DNA from: Anaerolineae bacterium
GTDB lineage: Bacteria > Chloroflexota > Anaerolineae > B4-G1 > DUEL01
Length of the DNA: 64,000 bases
Assembly (NCBI GenBank): GCA_016931695.1
Contig: JAFGEI010000023.1
Span: 5,328 to 69,327 of the forward strand
Direction: 5' to 3'
The number at the start of each line of letters is the position of its first letter. The first letter of the stretch is position 1. The notes below the pieces were generated by a model that was not told where the DNA came from, searched no databases, and saw nothing but the letters and a program-made list of their open reading frames with translations. Position numbers and translations under genes: made by a program. Positions 54,060-63,151 of this stretch are shown here, in pieces.

Positions 54060-54101
54060 TTCTTTGTATTATACTTCTCTCATAGAGGAAGAGAAGAGAA
54101 A

Positions 54102-55355
54102 ATGAAATGTCCAATTTGTGATGACGCAGAACTTGAGCAGATAAAAGGTAAAGAAAAGCTAGAGCGATTGTTCATCCGCCCTGACATAGTTTTTTGCCCT
54201 AACTGCAAAGCAAGAGCAGAGTTGTTGGGTGTAAAGCTCCGCTTTACACATATCCCTGCTCCGTATGCCTTTCCTATTGGTACTGCTCTGAATGATGCTG
54301 TAACACCGCAACAAGCCGGTCTCATAGGCGCTCAAGCTCGTCGTTGGCTTAGAATTCGTTCAACGCTAGAAGCAGGAAAACCTATAGCTACCGATAGCCC
54401 ATCAGCGATTAGGAAAAACGAAAACTGTTACTTGCATTTCCCCAATTCTATATTGAGTCAAGAATGCACGCGCCAGGGTAGCCTATACCTTGCAGAGACT
54501 GACCGGGGCAATCTATATCTTACTGACAGCCATATCTACATTGTTGGGCAAACAACCACCCGCATTCCCCTTGCCAAGATTGTCAAGATAACAATTTCAA
54601 GGGATCGCTCCCAGTTTCGCATTAGTCGAGCTGATAGGAAAACAGCGCAATACATTACCGTTTCTTCCACGCTTGACCACCATCTTCTGCAGCTTGCGCT
54701 TAGCCGTTTGACCGATGCTATAGTGCCACCACAAGTGGATATGGTTAATAATTTCCCTGCTTCATCATACAGGCTTAATCTACGGGCAATAGGACCGATA
54801 TGGCAAAAGGGAGGGCTTGGTCGTCTAGGCCTTGTTCTGCTTGCTATTGTTTTACTTTCTCCGTTTTTGTGTTGCCTTGGCAGCAGCGTCCTTGGACCAG
54901 CATTTGCTCCAGAACCCAGTCACACTCCTACTTTTACTATTTCGCCCCATCTAAAGAATACTATGACGTCAACTCCGCCAGCTACTGCTAGCCCTACAAG
55001 AACACCGACCCTGACTAACACCCCAACAAGAACAAGCACACCAACCCGGACCATTACCCCTGGCCCTTCTCCAACTTCAACAAACACCCCGACTCTGACC
55101 CCAACGTGGACACCACGCCCAACTTACACACCGAGGCCAACACCAACCGCCAGGACAACAGCGACTTCCCCACCGCCTCCAACTTCCCCGCCGCCTCCTG
55201 TTTATGATTGCTCAGGAGATATTTACAACTGTAGTGATTTTAGTACACAACGGGAGGCGCAAGCCTGTTTTGATTATTGTGTATCACAGGGGAAGGGCGA
55301 CATTCATCAGCTTGATGCTGACAATAATGGGCTGGCCTGCGAGTCATTGCCATAG
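54102..55355 (+). CDS. membrane-anchored protein: N-terminal zinc ribbon, bacterial-PH-like domain, TM helix, Pro/Thr-rich linker, C-terminal Excalibur (extracellular calcium-binding) domain
   Basis: RBS agaggaagagaagagaaa-ATG. CPICDD…CPNC zinc ribbon. TM helix [24 protein letters not shown] linker. C-terminal [42 protein letters not shown] matches the Excalibur DxDxDGxxCE pattern. Confidence 0.75.
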   Translation: MKCPICDDAELEQIKGKEKLERLFIRPDIVFCPNCKARAELLGVKLRFTHIPAPYAFPIGTALNDAVTPQQAGLIGAQARRWLRIRSTLEAGKPIATDSPSAIRKNENCYLHFPNSILSQECTRQGSLYLAETDRGNLYLTDSHIYIVGQTTTRIPLAKIVKITISRDRSQFRISRADRKTAQYITVSSTLDHHLLQLALSRLTDAIVPPQVDMVNNFPASSYRLNLRAIGPIWQKGGLGRLGLVLLAIVLLSPFLCCLGSSVLGPAFAPEPSHTPTFTISPHLKNTMTSTPPATASPTRTPTLTNTPTRTSTPTRTITPGPSPTSTNTPTLTPTWTPRPTYTPRPTPTARTTATSPPPPTSPPPPVYDCSGDIYNCSDFSTQREAQACFDYCVSQGKGDIHQLDADNNGLACESLP

Positions 55356-55365
55356 TCCAGTTGTA

Positions 55366-55386
55366 GGTCACGCTTCAAGCGTGACC
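55366..55386 (+). terminator. hairpin immediately after the Excalibur-protein stop (ggtcacgc-ttcaa-gcgtgacc)
   Basis: 8-bp perfect stem 11 nt after the TAG. No U-tract. Confidence 0.4.
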
Positions 55387-55536
55387 TGCTGCTAAGAATT
55401 ATCAGTACGAAAAGCTCGTGGCGGATTCCCGCCTTTGCGGGACAAGTTACCAAATCCGCATGTTCTGCTGGATCTGGCAGCCTGTCCCGCATCGGGAATC
55501 CAGTGGGAGCTTTTCGTGATCTACTGATTATAAGTG

Positions 55537-57921
55537 TTAGCGTGCGGTCTCGACCCGACGAGATCGCCCGTCGCTGCTGACCTCCACCGTGCCGTCCTGG
55601 TCGGTGCGGTAGACGGGGATGCTCCCCAGCCGCTCCAGCATCTCCCAGTGGGGGTGGTGAAAGAGGTTGCCCGCGCCCACCGGGATCACCACCGCGTCCG
55701 GCGTCACCGCCGCCAGGAAGGGGGCGGTGGTGGCCGCGCCGTCGCCGTGGTGGGCGGCCTTGAGGACCGTGCAGTCGAGCCAGGCCCCGCCCGCCACCAG
55801 CGCCGCTTCCACATCCTCCCCGGCGTCCCCCGCCAGCAGGAAGCAGACCGCGCCGTGGTCGAGCCGCAGCACCAGCGAGTTGTCGTTGTTGCGACTGGAG
55901 AAGGGAGCAGGGCCGGGATGGAGCACCGTCAGCAGCACGCCCTCGTCGAGCCACAACTGCAGGCCCGCCTCGCCGCGGTAGACCTCTGCCGTGGAGCTGC
56001 CGACCAACTCCCGCCAGCGGTCGCAGAGGGGCGTGTAGCAGTCCGCTTCGCGCTCGACAATCGCTGCGACCTGGTACCGCTCCAGCACCGGCAGCAGGCC
56101 CGCCAGGACGTCGTCGTCGGGGTGGGTGAGAACCACCAGGTCGAGGGAGTGGTCCCAGAAAGGCATGCGGCGGCCCAGGTGGCTCAGCAGCAGTGAAGGG
56201 CTGGGGCCGCCGTCGATCAACACCTGGCGACCCGAGGGGGTCTGGACGAAAATGGCGTCCCCCTGCCCGACGTCGAGGAACGCGACATGGAGCTCGCCGT
56301 CGGGCAGGGTGCGCCAGGCGATAGCGGCGAGCAGCAGCAGCACGCCGGACAGGCCCAGCACGAGCCGGTCGCTGAGGCGCGCGGTGAGCGCGAGCCAGAG
56401 AACGCACGCCCGGCCGCGCAGCATCGCCCGGCGCTCGGCGGGCTGGTAGCCCCACCAGGTGACGGCTGCCAGCAGCCCGTAGGCGGCCCAGGCCATCCAC
56501 GGTTCCACCCGTCCCAGGTCGACCCAGGCGTACGGGACACGGGCGGTGAGGCGGACGACCTCGATCGTATAGGCCAGCGCCAGCCAGGCAGCCCAGCCGA
56601 GCGCCTTGCCCAGCGGCAGCCAGACGAGGCCGGCGATGGTGGCGAGCCCGCCGCCGACCATGACCGCCGGCTGGACGGGGAGGATCAGGAAATTGGTCAG
56701 CAGGGTGACCAGGGAGAGACGGCGGAAATAGGCCACGAGCAGCGGCGTGGTGGAAATCTGCGCCGCCAGGGTCACCAGCAACGCCTCCGAGAACCACCCG
56801 ACGGCCCGTTCGGCCCGCTCTGGGCTGGTGAGACGGGACAGCAGCGCGACGGCTCCCCGCTCCAGCGGCCCGGTATAGAGCACCAGGCCGACGGTGGCGG
56901 CAAAGCTGAGCTGAAATCCGACGTCCCACAAGGTGAAGGGGTTGATTGCCGTCATCAGCACCGCCGCGGCGGCGAGGGAGGTGGGGGCGAAGGACTCGCG
57001 CCCCAGGTGCTTGCCCAGCAGGTAGATCACCCCCATCATCGCCGCGCGGACCACGGCGGCGGAGGCGCCGACGAACAGGGTGTAGAGAACGACCCCGCCG
57101 ATGGCGACCCACACGGCGCGCTTCCCGCCCACCATCCGCCGGGCGAGGCCGGCAAAGATGCCCGAGATGATGGTGATGTTGAACCCCGAGATGGCGATGA
57201 TGTGCGTCGTGCCGGTGGCCGAGAAAGCGTCTGCCAGGTCGGCGGGGATGCCGCTCTCAATGCCCAGCAGGATGCCCGTCAGCAGCGACGCTTCCGGTTC
57301 GTGCAGGATGGCGGCGATCGTCGCCTGGGCGCGTCCCTTCAGCGCCAACAACGCGGCGGTGAAGGGGCTCCCCTCGCCGCTCCCCAGCCGGGTCGCCCGG
57401 CAGCGGGGCACGATGGAATGGATGCCCTGCCGCGCCAAATAGTCGCGGTAGGAAAAGTCGTCGTCCGTGGGGGGGGTCTCCAGCGGCCCCCGCACCCGCA
57501 GCCGGTCGCCGTAGGCAAAGGTTGGGTAGCGGTCCACCTGCACCAGCGCCAGCCCGTCGACCGTGACCTCTCGCCCGTCGGCCAGCCGCAGCTGCTCGGC
57601 GCGCAGGCGCAGGTAGATCTTTTCTTCGCGCACGTCCGGCTCCCGCACCACGACGCCTTCCAGGGTGACGGGGCCGAGGTCGTTGTAGCGCGCCAGCGCG
57701 TGCGCGTCGAGACGGGGCTGGGCCAGTCGCCGCCGTCCCGCCCCCAGCGCCAGCATCACCAGGCAGGCGCAGAGGAGGTTGCAGCGGCGCCCTCCTCTCC
57801 AGCCGATCAAGCCGACCAGGCCGAGGAGCGCGAGCAAAGGGAGTACTTGCCAGGGGAGAGAGAGGGCGTGGTCCAGCGCAATGCCGGCCAGCCAGGCGGA
57901 AGCCAGATAGATCAGTGTCAT
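55537..57921 (-). CDS. comEC: DNA internalisation competence protein ComEC/Rec2 (competence domain plus C-terminal metallo-beta-lactamase domain)
   Basis: Start at ATG 57921 after gaggtg (MTLIYLASAWLAGIAL…). …HIIAISGFNITII… competence domain. MBL motif …VLTHPDDDVLAGL… / …AAHHGD…. Confidence 0.8.
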   Translation of the reverse strand: MTLIYLASAWLAGIALDHALSLPWQVLPLLALLGLVGLIGWRGGRRCNLLCACLVMLALGAGRRRLAQPRLDAHALARYNDLGPVTLEGVVVREPDVREEKIYLRLRAEQLRLADGREVTVDGLALVQVDRYPTFAYGDRLRVRGPLETPPTDDDFSYRDYLARQGIHSIVPRCRATRLGSGEGSPFTAALLALKGRAQATIAAILHEPEASLLTGILLGIESGIPADLADAFSATGTTHIIAISGFNITIISGIFAGLARRMVGGKRAVWVAIGGVVLYTLFVGASAAVVRAAMMGVIYLLGKHLGRESFAPTSLAAAAVLMTAINPFTLWDVGFQLSFAATVGLVLYTGPLERGAVALLSRLTSPERAERAVGWFSEALLVTLAAQISTTPLLVAYFRRLSLVTLLTNFLILPVQPAVMVGGGLATIAGLVWLPLGKALGWAAWLALAYTIEVVRLTARVPYAWVDLGRVEPWMAWAAYGLLAAVTWWGYQPAERRAMLRGRACVLWLALTARLSDRLVLGLSGVLLLLAAIAWRTLPDGELHVAFLDVGQGDAIFVQTPSGRQVLIDGGPSPSLLLSHLGRRMPFWDHSLDLVVLTHPDDDVLAGLLPVLERYQVAAIVEREADCYTPLCDRWRELVGSSTAEVYRGEAGLQLWLDEGVLLTVLHPGPAPFSSRNNDNSLVLRLDHGAVCFLLAGDAGEDVEAALVAGGAWLDCTVLKAAHHGDGAATTAPFLAAVTPDAVVIPVGAGNLFHHPHWEMLERLGSIPVYRTDQDGTVEVSSDGRSRRVETAR

Positions 57922-58060
57922 GATGCACCTCGCAGGCAGTGTTGTCGGGTCCAATGAGCCAGGCGCAACTGGCTGTGCGAATATCATACCACAGATTGGC
58001 GGAAAGGGTAATTGCGCTGTGCTCCTTGTCGCGCTCCCCAAGCTGTGTTAGAATCACGGC

Positions 58061-58888
58061 GTGCCAGAAAAGAGGTTCCACCCACAAGTATACGAACTGC
58101 GGCCCTGGTATCACGACTTTGCCCGCCTGGGCTTGCAGACGGTCTTTGACGAGCCGCCGCACATCGGCGCGCGGGCCGTCGACCTGCTGCGGCGGCTGGC
58201 CGCGGCCGCCCGCCGCGCCGCCGGCGTCCACGCGGTGGAAAAGGGCGAGCGGTTCTCGATGCGCACGCTCCTGGCCGGCGCCCCGCCCTCTCACCGCGTC
58301 AACCAGCGGGACAAGGAACAGGTCGTCATCCCGCTCATCCAGCAGGCGCTGCAGGGTTTGGAAGGCGCTCCTTCCTGTCTCGACCTCTTTTGCGCCGACG
58401 GTTACTACAGTTGCACGATCGCTCACCTTTGCCCCGCCGCCGCCATCACCGGCGTCGACCTCGACCCGGCCGAGATCCGGCGCGCCGAAACCGCCGCCCG
58501 CCTGCTGGGCGTGGCAAAAGCCCGCTTTGTCGTCGCCGACGTGGTCGATTTCGTCCGCCAGGCTGCCCCCCATGACCTGATCCTCTGTACCGGCGGCCTC
58601 TATCACCTGCAGGAGCCGCGCCATTTATTGCAACGGCTCTATCCCATCTCGACCCACTTCCTGGTTGTTCAGAGCGTCGTCACCCTGGAAAGCGAGTCGC
58701 CCGACTATTTCGTCTCCCCAGCGCCGGGCTGGAAACACGGCAGCCGCTTTACCCACGCCGCTCTGCGCCGCTGGCTGGAAGAGATCGGCTGGGAAATCGT
58801 GGCCGCGGCGCGCAACGAGCTGAGCGGCAATTCCCGCCCCTGCGACCGCGGCTCGAGCTACTTTCTTTGCCACAAGGGAGCGCCGTGA
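58061..58888 (+). CDS. class I SAM-dependent methyltransferase
   Basis: GTG start. …LDLFCADGYYSCTIA… (motif I-like), …DLILCTGGLYHLQEP…. Confidence 0.65.
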   Translation: MPEKRFHPQVYELRPWYHDFARLGLQTVFDEPPHIGARAVDLLRRLAAAARRAAGVHAVEKGERFSMRTLLAGAPPSHRVNQRDKEQVVIPLIQQALQGLEGAPSCLDLFCADGYYSCTIAHLCPAAAITGVDLDPAEIRRAETAARLLGVAKARFVVADVVDFVRQAAPHDLILCTGGLYHLQEPRHLLQRLYPISTHFLVVQSVVTLESESPDYFVSPAPGWKHGSRFTHAALRRWLEEIGWEIVAAARNELSGNSRPCDRGSSYFLCHKGAP

Positions 58889-59685
58889 ACCTGCGCCAGT
58901 ACCGCCTGCTGCGCCCCCTCGACGCCCTCTGCCGGCGGATCAACGGCCAGGCCGACCGGCCGCCCATCGACCTGCGCCGCTACGTCGGGCCGCTGCCCGG
59001 CTTTGAGCGCACCGGCGGCGAGTTCCTGGCCTATCTCAAGCTGCTCGCCGGCTTGCGGGCCGACAGCCGCGTGCTGGATATCGGCTGCGGCTGCGGCCTG
59101 ATGGCCCTGCCGCTGACGGACTGCCTGGGAGCGCGGGGCCGCTACGTGGGGATGGACATCAGCCGCGCGGCGATCGACTGGTGCCAGAAAGAGATCGCGG
59201 CCCGTCATCCCCACTTTAGCTTTATCCACAGCGACATCTACAACCCGCGCTACAACCCCGCCGGTCGGCAGCGGGCCGACGCCTACGTTTTTCCACTGGA
59301 GGACGGGGCGTTTGACCTGATCCTGCTCAAGTCGGTCTTGACCCACATGCGCCCGCCCGAGACCGCGCACTACCTGGCAGAGATTGCGCGCCTGCTGGGC
59401 GACGGCGGCTGCTGCCTGGCGACCTTTTTCCTGCTCAACCAGGCCCAGCGGCGCCTGGCGGACGAAGGGCGCTGTGCCTTTGATTTTCGCTTTGGCGACG
59501 AGACCTGGCGCACCATCGACGCCGACAACCCCGAGGTCGCTGTCGCCTACGACGAGCCGCGCCTGCTGGCGATGATCGAGGCGGCGGGATTGGCGCTGCG
59601 GGACACGGCTCATTACGGCGCCTGGAGCGGGCGCGACGACGGGTTGTCGTTCCAGGATATTTTGCTGTTGGAGCGAGCGTCGTGA
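58885..59685 (+). CDS. class I SAM-dependent methyltransferase (Methyltransf_11/25-like)
   Basis: GTG at 58885 after gggag, overlapping the upstream stop (GTGA). A TTG alternative lies at 58867. …VLDIGCGCGLMALPL…, …FDLILLKSVLTHM…. Confidence 0.65.
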   Translation: MNLRQYRLLRPLDALCRRINGQADRPPIDLRRYVGPLPGFERTGGEFLAYLKLLAGLRADSRVLDIGCGCGLMALPLTDCLGARGRYVGMDISRAAIDWCQKEIAARHPHFSFIHSDIYNPRYNPAGRQRADAYVFPLEDGAFDLILLKSVLTHMRPPETAHYLAEIARLLGDGGCCLATFFLLNQAQRRLADEGRCAFDFRFGDETWRTIDADNPEVAVAYDEPRLLAMIEAAGLALRDTAHYGAWSGRDDGLSFQDILLLERAS

Positions 59686-60572
59686 ACCTGGGCGTGGTCA
59701 TCCTCAACTGGAACGCCGCGGATGACACCATCGCCTGCCTCGACGCGGTTGCCGCCTGGCGCCGCCTCTCCCCCCAGGTGTGGGTGGTCGACAACGCCTC
59801 GCAGGGTGACGACGCCGGGCGGATCGCCCGGGCCCATCCCCAGGTAAAGCTGATCCGCAGCGACCGCAACCGCGGCTTTGCCGGCGGCAACAACCTGGCC
59901 CTGGCAGAGGCGCTGGCTGCCGGCTGCGCGGCGGTGCTGCTGCTGAACAATGACGCCGCCATCGAGGAGGAGAGTGTCGCCGTGCTGATGGAGGCGCTGC
60001 AGGCCCATCCCGAGGTGGGCATCGTCGGCCCGCCGCTGTGGGACAGCGAGCGGCCTGCGGTGCTGCTCTCGGCGGGCGGCGTCGACATCGCCCTCCACGC
60101 CGCCTCCCACCTGCTCGACCTGCCGGACGGCGAGCCCCTGCGCCGCGTCGACCACGTGCCCGGCACCTGCGTGCTGATCCGCGCCGGGGTGCTGCAGGCC
60201 GCCGGCCTGCTGGACGAGGCCTATTTCTTTGGCGGAGAACTGGCTGACCTCTGCGCCCGCGCCCGGCAGCACGGTTTCGAGAGCGCCGTCGACGGGCGGG
60301 CGCGGGCGGTGCACCGCCTGAGCCGCTCGTCGGAGCTGCGCCACACCTTGCACGTCTATTACGTCCTGCGCAACCGCTTCCTGTTCATTCGCAAGTTCCA
60401 CGCCCGGCAGCGGCTGCGGCTCTTTTTCTTGTGGGCCGCCCAGGGGCTGCGGCTGGCGCTGCAAGCGGCGCTCCGGCGGCAGCCCCGCCGCGCCCGCGCC
60501 GCCCTGCTGGGCGTGGCGGACGGCCTGCGCGGCCGCTTTGGCGGGCAGAACGAGCGGATTTTGGCCCGATGA
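59682..60572 (+). CDS. GT2 family glycosyltransferase
   Basis: GTG start overlapping the previous stop (GTGA). VVILNWNAADDTIACL…VVDNASQGD…, DRNRGFAGGNN (the DxD / GT-A motif set). Confidence 0.75.
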   Translation: MNLGVVILNWNAADDTIACLDAVAAWRRLSPQVWVVDNASQGDDAGRIARAHPQVKLIRSDRNRGFAGGNNLALAEALAAGCAAVLLLNNDAAIEEESVAVLMEALQAHPEVGIVGPPLWDSERPAVLLSAGGVDIALHAASHLLDLPDGEPLRRVDHVPGTCVLIRAGVLQAAGLLDEAYFFGGELADLCARARQHGFESAVDGRARAVHRLSRSSELRHTLHVYYVLRNRFLFIRKFHARQRLRLFFLWAAQGLRLALQAALRRQPRRARAALLGVADGLRGRFGGQNERILAR

Positions 60573-61594
60573 ACGTCCTGTACCACGTCACGATGCCCCC
60601 CTCACCGCTGCCCACCTGCGACGCCGTCGTGCAGGAGGTCGACGCGCTGCGGGGCCGCTTTGGTGGGGAAGTGGTTCACCTCTACCCGGGCCGCACGCCG
60701 GGCAGCCGCATCCCGCGCCGCTGGTGGGGGCTGCAGCGCCTGCCCGCCCTGCGCTGGCTGGAGCGGCAGGTCGATCTGCACCACGTCTTTAATCCCGACC
60801 CATTCCCTTTTCCCGTCCTGCGCTGGCTGCGCCGGCCCGTCGTCTACACCGTCGTGGCGGGGGTGCGGGAGAGCGGGCGGGACGAGGCGCAGCGCCTCGC
60901 CCGCCGGGTTCACACCCTGGTCGTTCCCACCCCGGACGACCTGGCCCGGCTGCAGGGCTGGTCGATCGACAACGCCGCCCTCGTCCGCCCGGGGCTCGAT
61001 CTCGCCCACTTTTCCTGCACTGCCATCCCCGCTGGGCAGCCGCCGACGCTGCTGCTGGGCTCGGCGCCGTGGACGGTGGAACAGTTTCACAGCAAGGGGG
61101 TCGAGGCGCTGCTGGAACTGGCGCAGGGGATGCCCGAGCTGCACCTGGTCCTGCTCTGGCGCGGCCTGCTGGTCGACGAGATCGCGCGGCGCGTTCGCGC
61201 CCGCGGGCTGGAGGAGCGGGTCGAAGTGTTGAACCGGCAGGTCGACGTGAACCAGGTGTTGGCGCGGGTCCACGCCGCCGTCGCCCTGGCGGCTGACGAG
61301 ACGCTGATCAAGGCCTATCCCCACTCCCTGCTCGAAGCGCTGGCGGCCGGGCGCCCGGTGCTGGTCAGCCGCTCGATCCCCATGGCCGCCTGCGTGGAGC
61401 GGGAGAGGTGCGGCGTGGTGGTGGAGGGGATCGACGCCCACAGCCTGCGCGCCGCCGTGCAGCGGCTGCTGGACGACTATGCGGGCTATCGTCAGCGGGC
61501 GCTGGCTGCCGCCGCCCGCACGCCAACGTTGACGGGGATGTTGGACGCCTACCAGCAAATATATAAAGCAGCGGGAGTCGCCTGTGAACGATGA
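60569..61594 (+). CDS. GT4 family glycosyltransferase (GT-B, Glycos_transf_1)
   Basis: ATG at 60569 overlapping the previous stop (ATGA) (MNVLYHVT…). …EALAAGRPVLVS… with the E-x7-E-like C-terminal domain. Confidence 0.75.
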   Translation: MNVLYHVTMPPSPLPTCDAVVQEVDALRGRFGGEVVHLYPGRTPGSRIPRRWWGLQRLPALRWLERQVDLHHVFNPDPFPFPVLRWLRRPVVYTVVAGVRESGRDEAQRLARRVHTLVVPTPDDLARLQGWSIDNAALVRPGLDLAHFSCTAIPAGQPPTLLLGSAPWTVEQFHSKGVEALLELAQGMPELHLVLLWRGLLVDEIARRVRARGLEERVEVLNRQVDVNQVLARVHAAVALAADETLIKAYPHSLLEALAAGRPVLVSRSIPMAACVERERCGVVVEGIDAHSLRAAVQRLLDDYAGYRQRALAAAARTPTLTGMLDAYQQIYKAAGVACER

Positions 61595-62054
61595 ATTGAC
61601 TGCTCTCATCCAGATCGACGACGAAGGGATCGACGGGGCGGAGGTGGCCCGCCGCGTAAAAGAAAACCTCGCCGCGCACGGCCTCGACGAGGACGTCGAG
61701 TTTCCCCAGTTCGACCTCGTGCTGCGGCGGGAGGAAGGGGCCCTCTTCCCCCCGGCCCTCTACCACGAGCTGCAGCGGGCGGCGGAGGCCCGCGGCGCGG
61801 TGCGGGTCGCCGTCCAGCCGGTCGATTCCCTCCTCCCGCTGCTGGCCCGCCTCAAGCGGGCGCTGCACGAGCTGGTCGCATTCTACGTCAACCAACTCGC
61901 CGACCAACAGGCGCGGGTCAACGACGCTTTCCTGCGCGTCCTCGCCGGCGTGGTGCAGCGGATGGAGCCGCCCGATCCCGAGCTGCAGGCGCTGCGGCAG
62001 GAGGTCGCCGAGCTGCGCGCCCGCCTGGAGCAATTGGAGGGAAAAGAGCGGTGA
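61584..62054 (+). CDS. hypothetical acidic/coiled-coil protein
   Basis: GTG start overlapping the GT4 stop. The C-terminal heptad-like …LQALRQEVAELRARLEQLEGKER. Its stop overlaps the next GTG start. Confidence 0.4.
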   Translation: MNDELTALIQIDDEGIDGAEVARRVKENLAAHGLDEDVEFPQFDLVLRREEGALFPPALYHELQRAAEARGAVRVAVQPVDSLLPLLARLKRALHELVAFYVNQLADQQARVNDAFLRVLAGVVQRMEPPDPELQALRQEVAELRARLEQLEGKER

Positions 62055-63151
62055 GCCGGCAAATTCGCGCCATCCACCAGGTGATCGACAACGCCGCGCC
62101 GGGCAACTCGATCTCGAACGAGGCGTGGGCGCTGCGGGCGGCGCTTCGCGCCTGGGGCTATCGCTCCGAGATCCTGAGCGGCCCGGTTGCCCCGGCCTTG
62201 AGCGGCGGCGCGCGTCCCCTGGGCCGTTACCGGCCCCTGGGCCGCTATCGGCCCAGGGGCGGCGACCTGCTGCTCCTCCATTACTCCGCCGCTTCCCCGC
62301 TGGCGGACCGCGTGCGCGAGATGGGCGCGCCGCTGGTGTTGGTCTATCACAACGTCACTCCCCACCGCTATTTTGCCCAACTCGACCCCGAGCACGCCCG
62401 CCGCCTGGAGCGCGGGCGCGCCGAGCTGCCGTCGTTCCGCGCGCAGACGCTCCTCGCCCTGGCCCGCTCCCAGTTCAGCCGCCGCGAGCTGGTCGCCGCC
62501 GGTTACGACGACAGCGCCGTCGTGCCGCTGCTCGTGCCCGAGCAGCTCTCTCGTATCGAGGCCGACCCGGCCCTGCTGGCCCGCTTCGCCGACGGCGCGA
62601 CGAACTTGCTGTTTGTCGGCCGGCTGGCGCCGAACAAGCGCCAGGAGGACCTGCTCAAGGTCTTGTACTACTACCGCCAGATCGAACCCCAGGCCCGCCT
62701 GTTCCTGGTCGGTTCGTGGAGCGGGGCGCGCCGCTACGTCGACTGGCTGCAGGACCTGGCCCGGTTCCTGGGCCTGTCGCAGGGGCTGCACCTGACCGGG
62801 CACGTCGAGCTGGCGCAGTTGGCGGCCTACTACCGCCTGGCCCACGCCTACGTCTCGATGAGCGAGCACGAGGGGTTCGGCATCCCGCTGGTGGAAGCGA
62901 TGCGCCTTGGCCTGCCGGTCGTCGCCTACGCCGCTGCCGCCGTGCCGGAGACGATGGGCGGGGCGGGGATTTTGGTCCGCGAGAAGCGCTCGGCCGTCGT
63001 CGCCGAGCTGCTGCACCTGCTGCGGACCGACGCCGCGCTGCGCGAGCGCATCGTCGAGCAGCAGCGGCAGCAGGCCCGCGCCTTTGCCCCCGACGTCGTC
63101 TTGCGCCGCTGGCGGCAGTTGTTGGAAGCGGCGATAGAGAAACTCGGATGA
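62051..63151 (+). CDS. GT4 family glycosyltransferase
   Basis: GTG start (GTGA overlap). …LLFVGRLAPNKRQEDLL…, …MSEHEGFGIPLVEAMRLGLPVVA… (the EX7E motif). Confidence 0.75.
   Translation: MSRQIRAIHQVIDNAAPGNSISNEAWALRAALRAWGYRSEILSGPVAPALSGGARPLGRYRPLGRYRPRGGDLLLLHYSAASPLADRVREMGAPLVLVYHNVTPHRYFAQLDPEHARRLERGRAELPSFRAQTLLALARSQFSRRELVAAGYDDSAVVPLLVPEQLSRIEADPALLARFADGATNLLFVGRLAPNKRQEDLLKVLYYYRQIEPQARLFLVGSWSGARRYVDWLQDLARFLGLSQGLHLTGHVELAQLAAYYRLAHAYVSMSEHEGFGIPLVEAMRLGLPVVAYAAAAVPETMGGAGILVREKRSAVVAELLHLLRTDAALRERIVEQQRQQARAFAPDVVLRRWRQLLEAAIEKLG

Larger units (their letters stand above)
54035..55530 (+). other. AT-rich islet (visibly lower GC than the rest of the window; likely horizontally acquired)
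   Basis: Abrupt compositional shift directly after the YfhO stop. It ends at nested hairpins at 55366-55516, before the 3' end of comEC. Confidence 0.55.

Noticed and set aside
55408-55530. Integron attC-like site at the end of the AT-rich islet
   Set aside because: The imperfect palindrome lacks clear R''/R' core sites (RYYYAAC/GTTRRRY), and the cargo gene has its own strong promoter, unlike promoterless cassettes. No intI is nearby.
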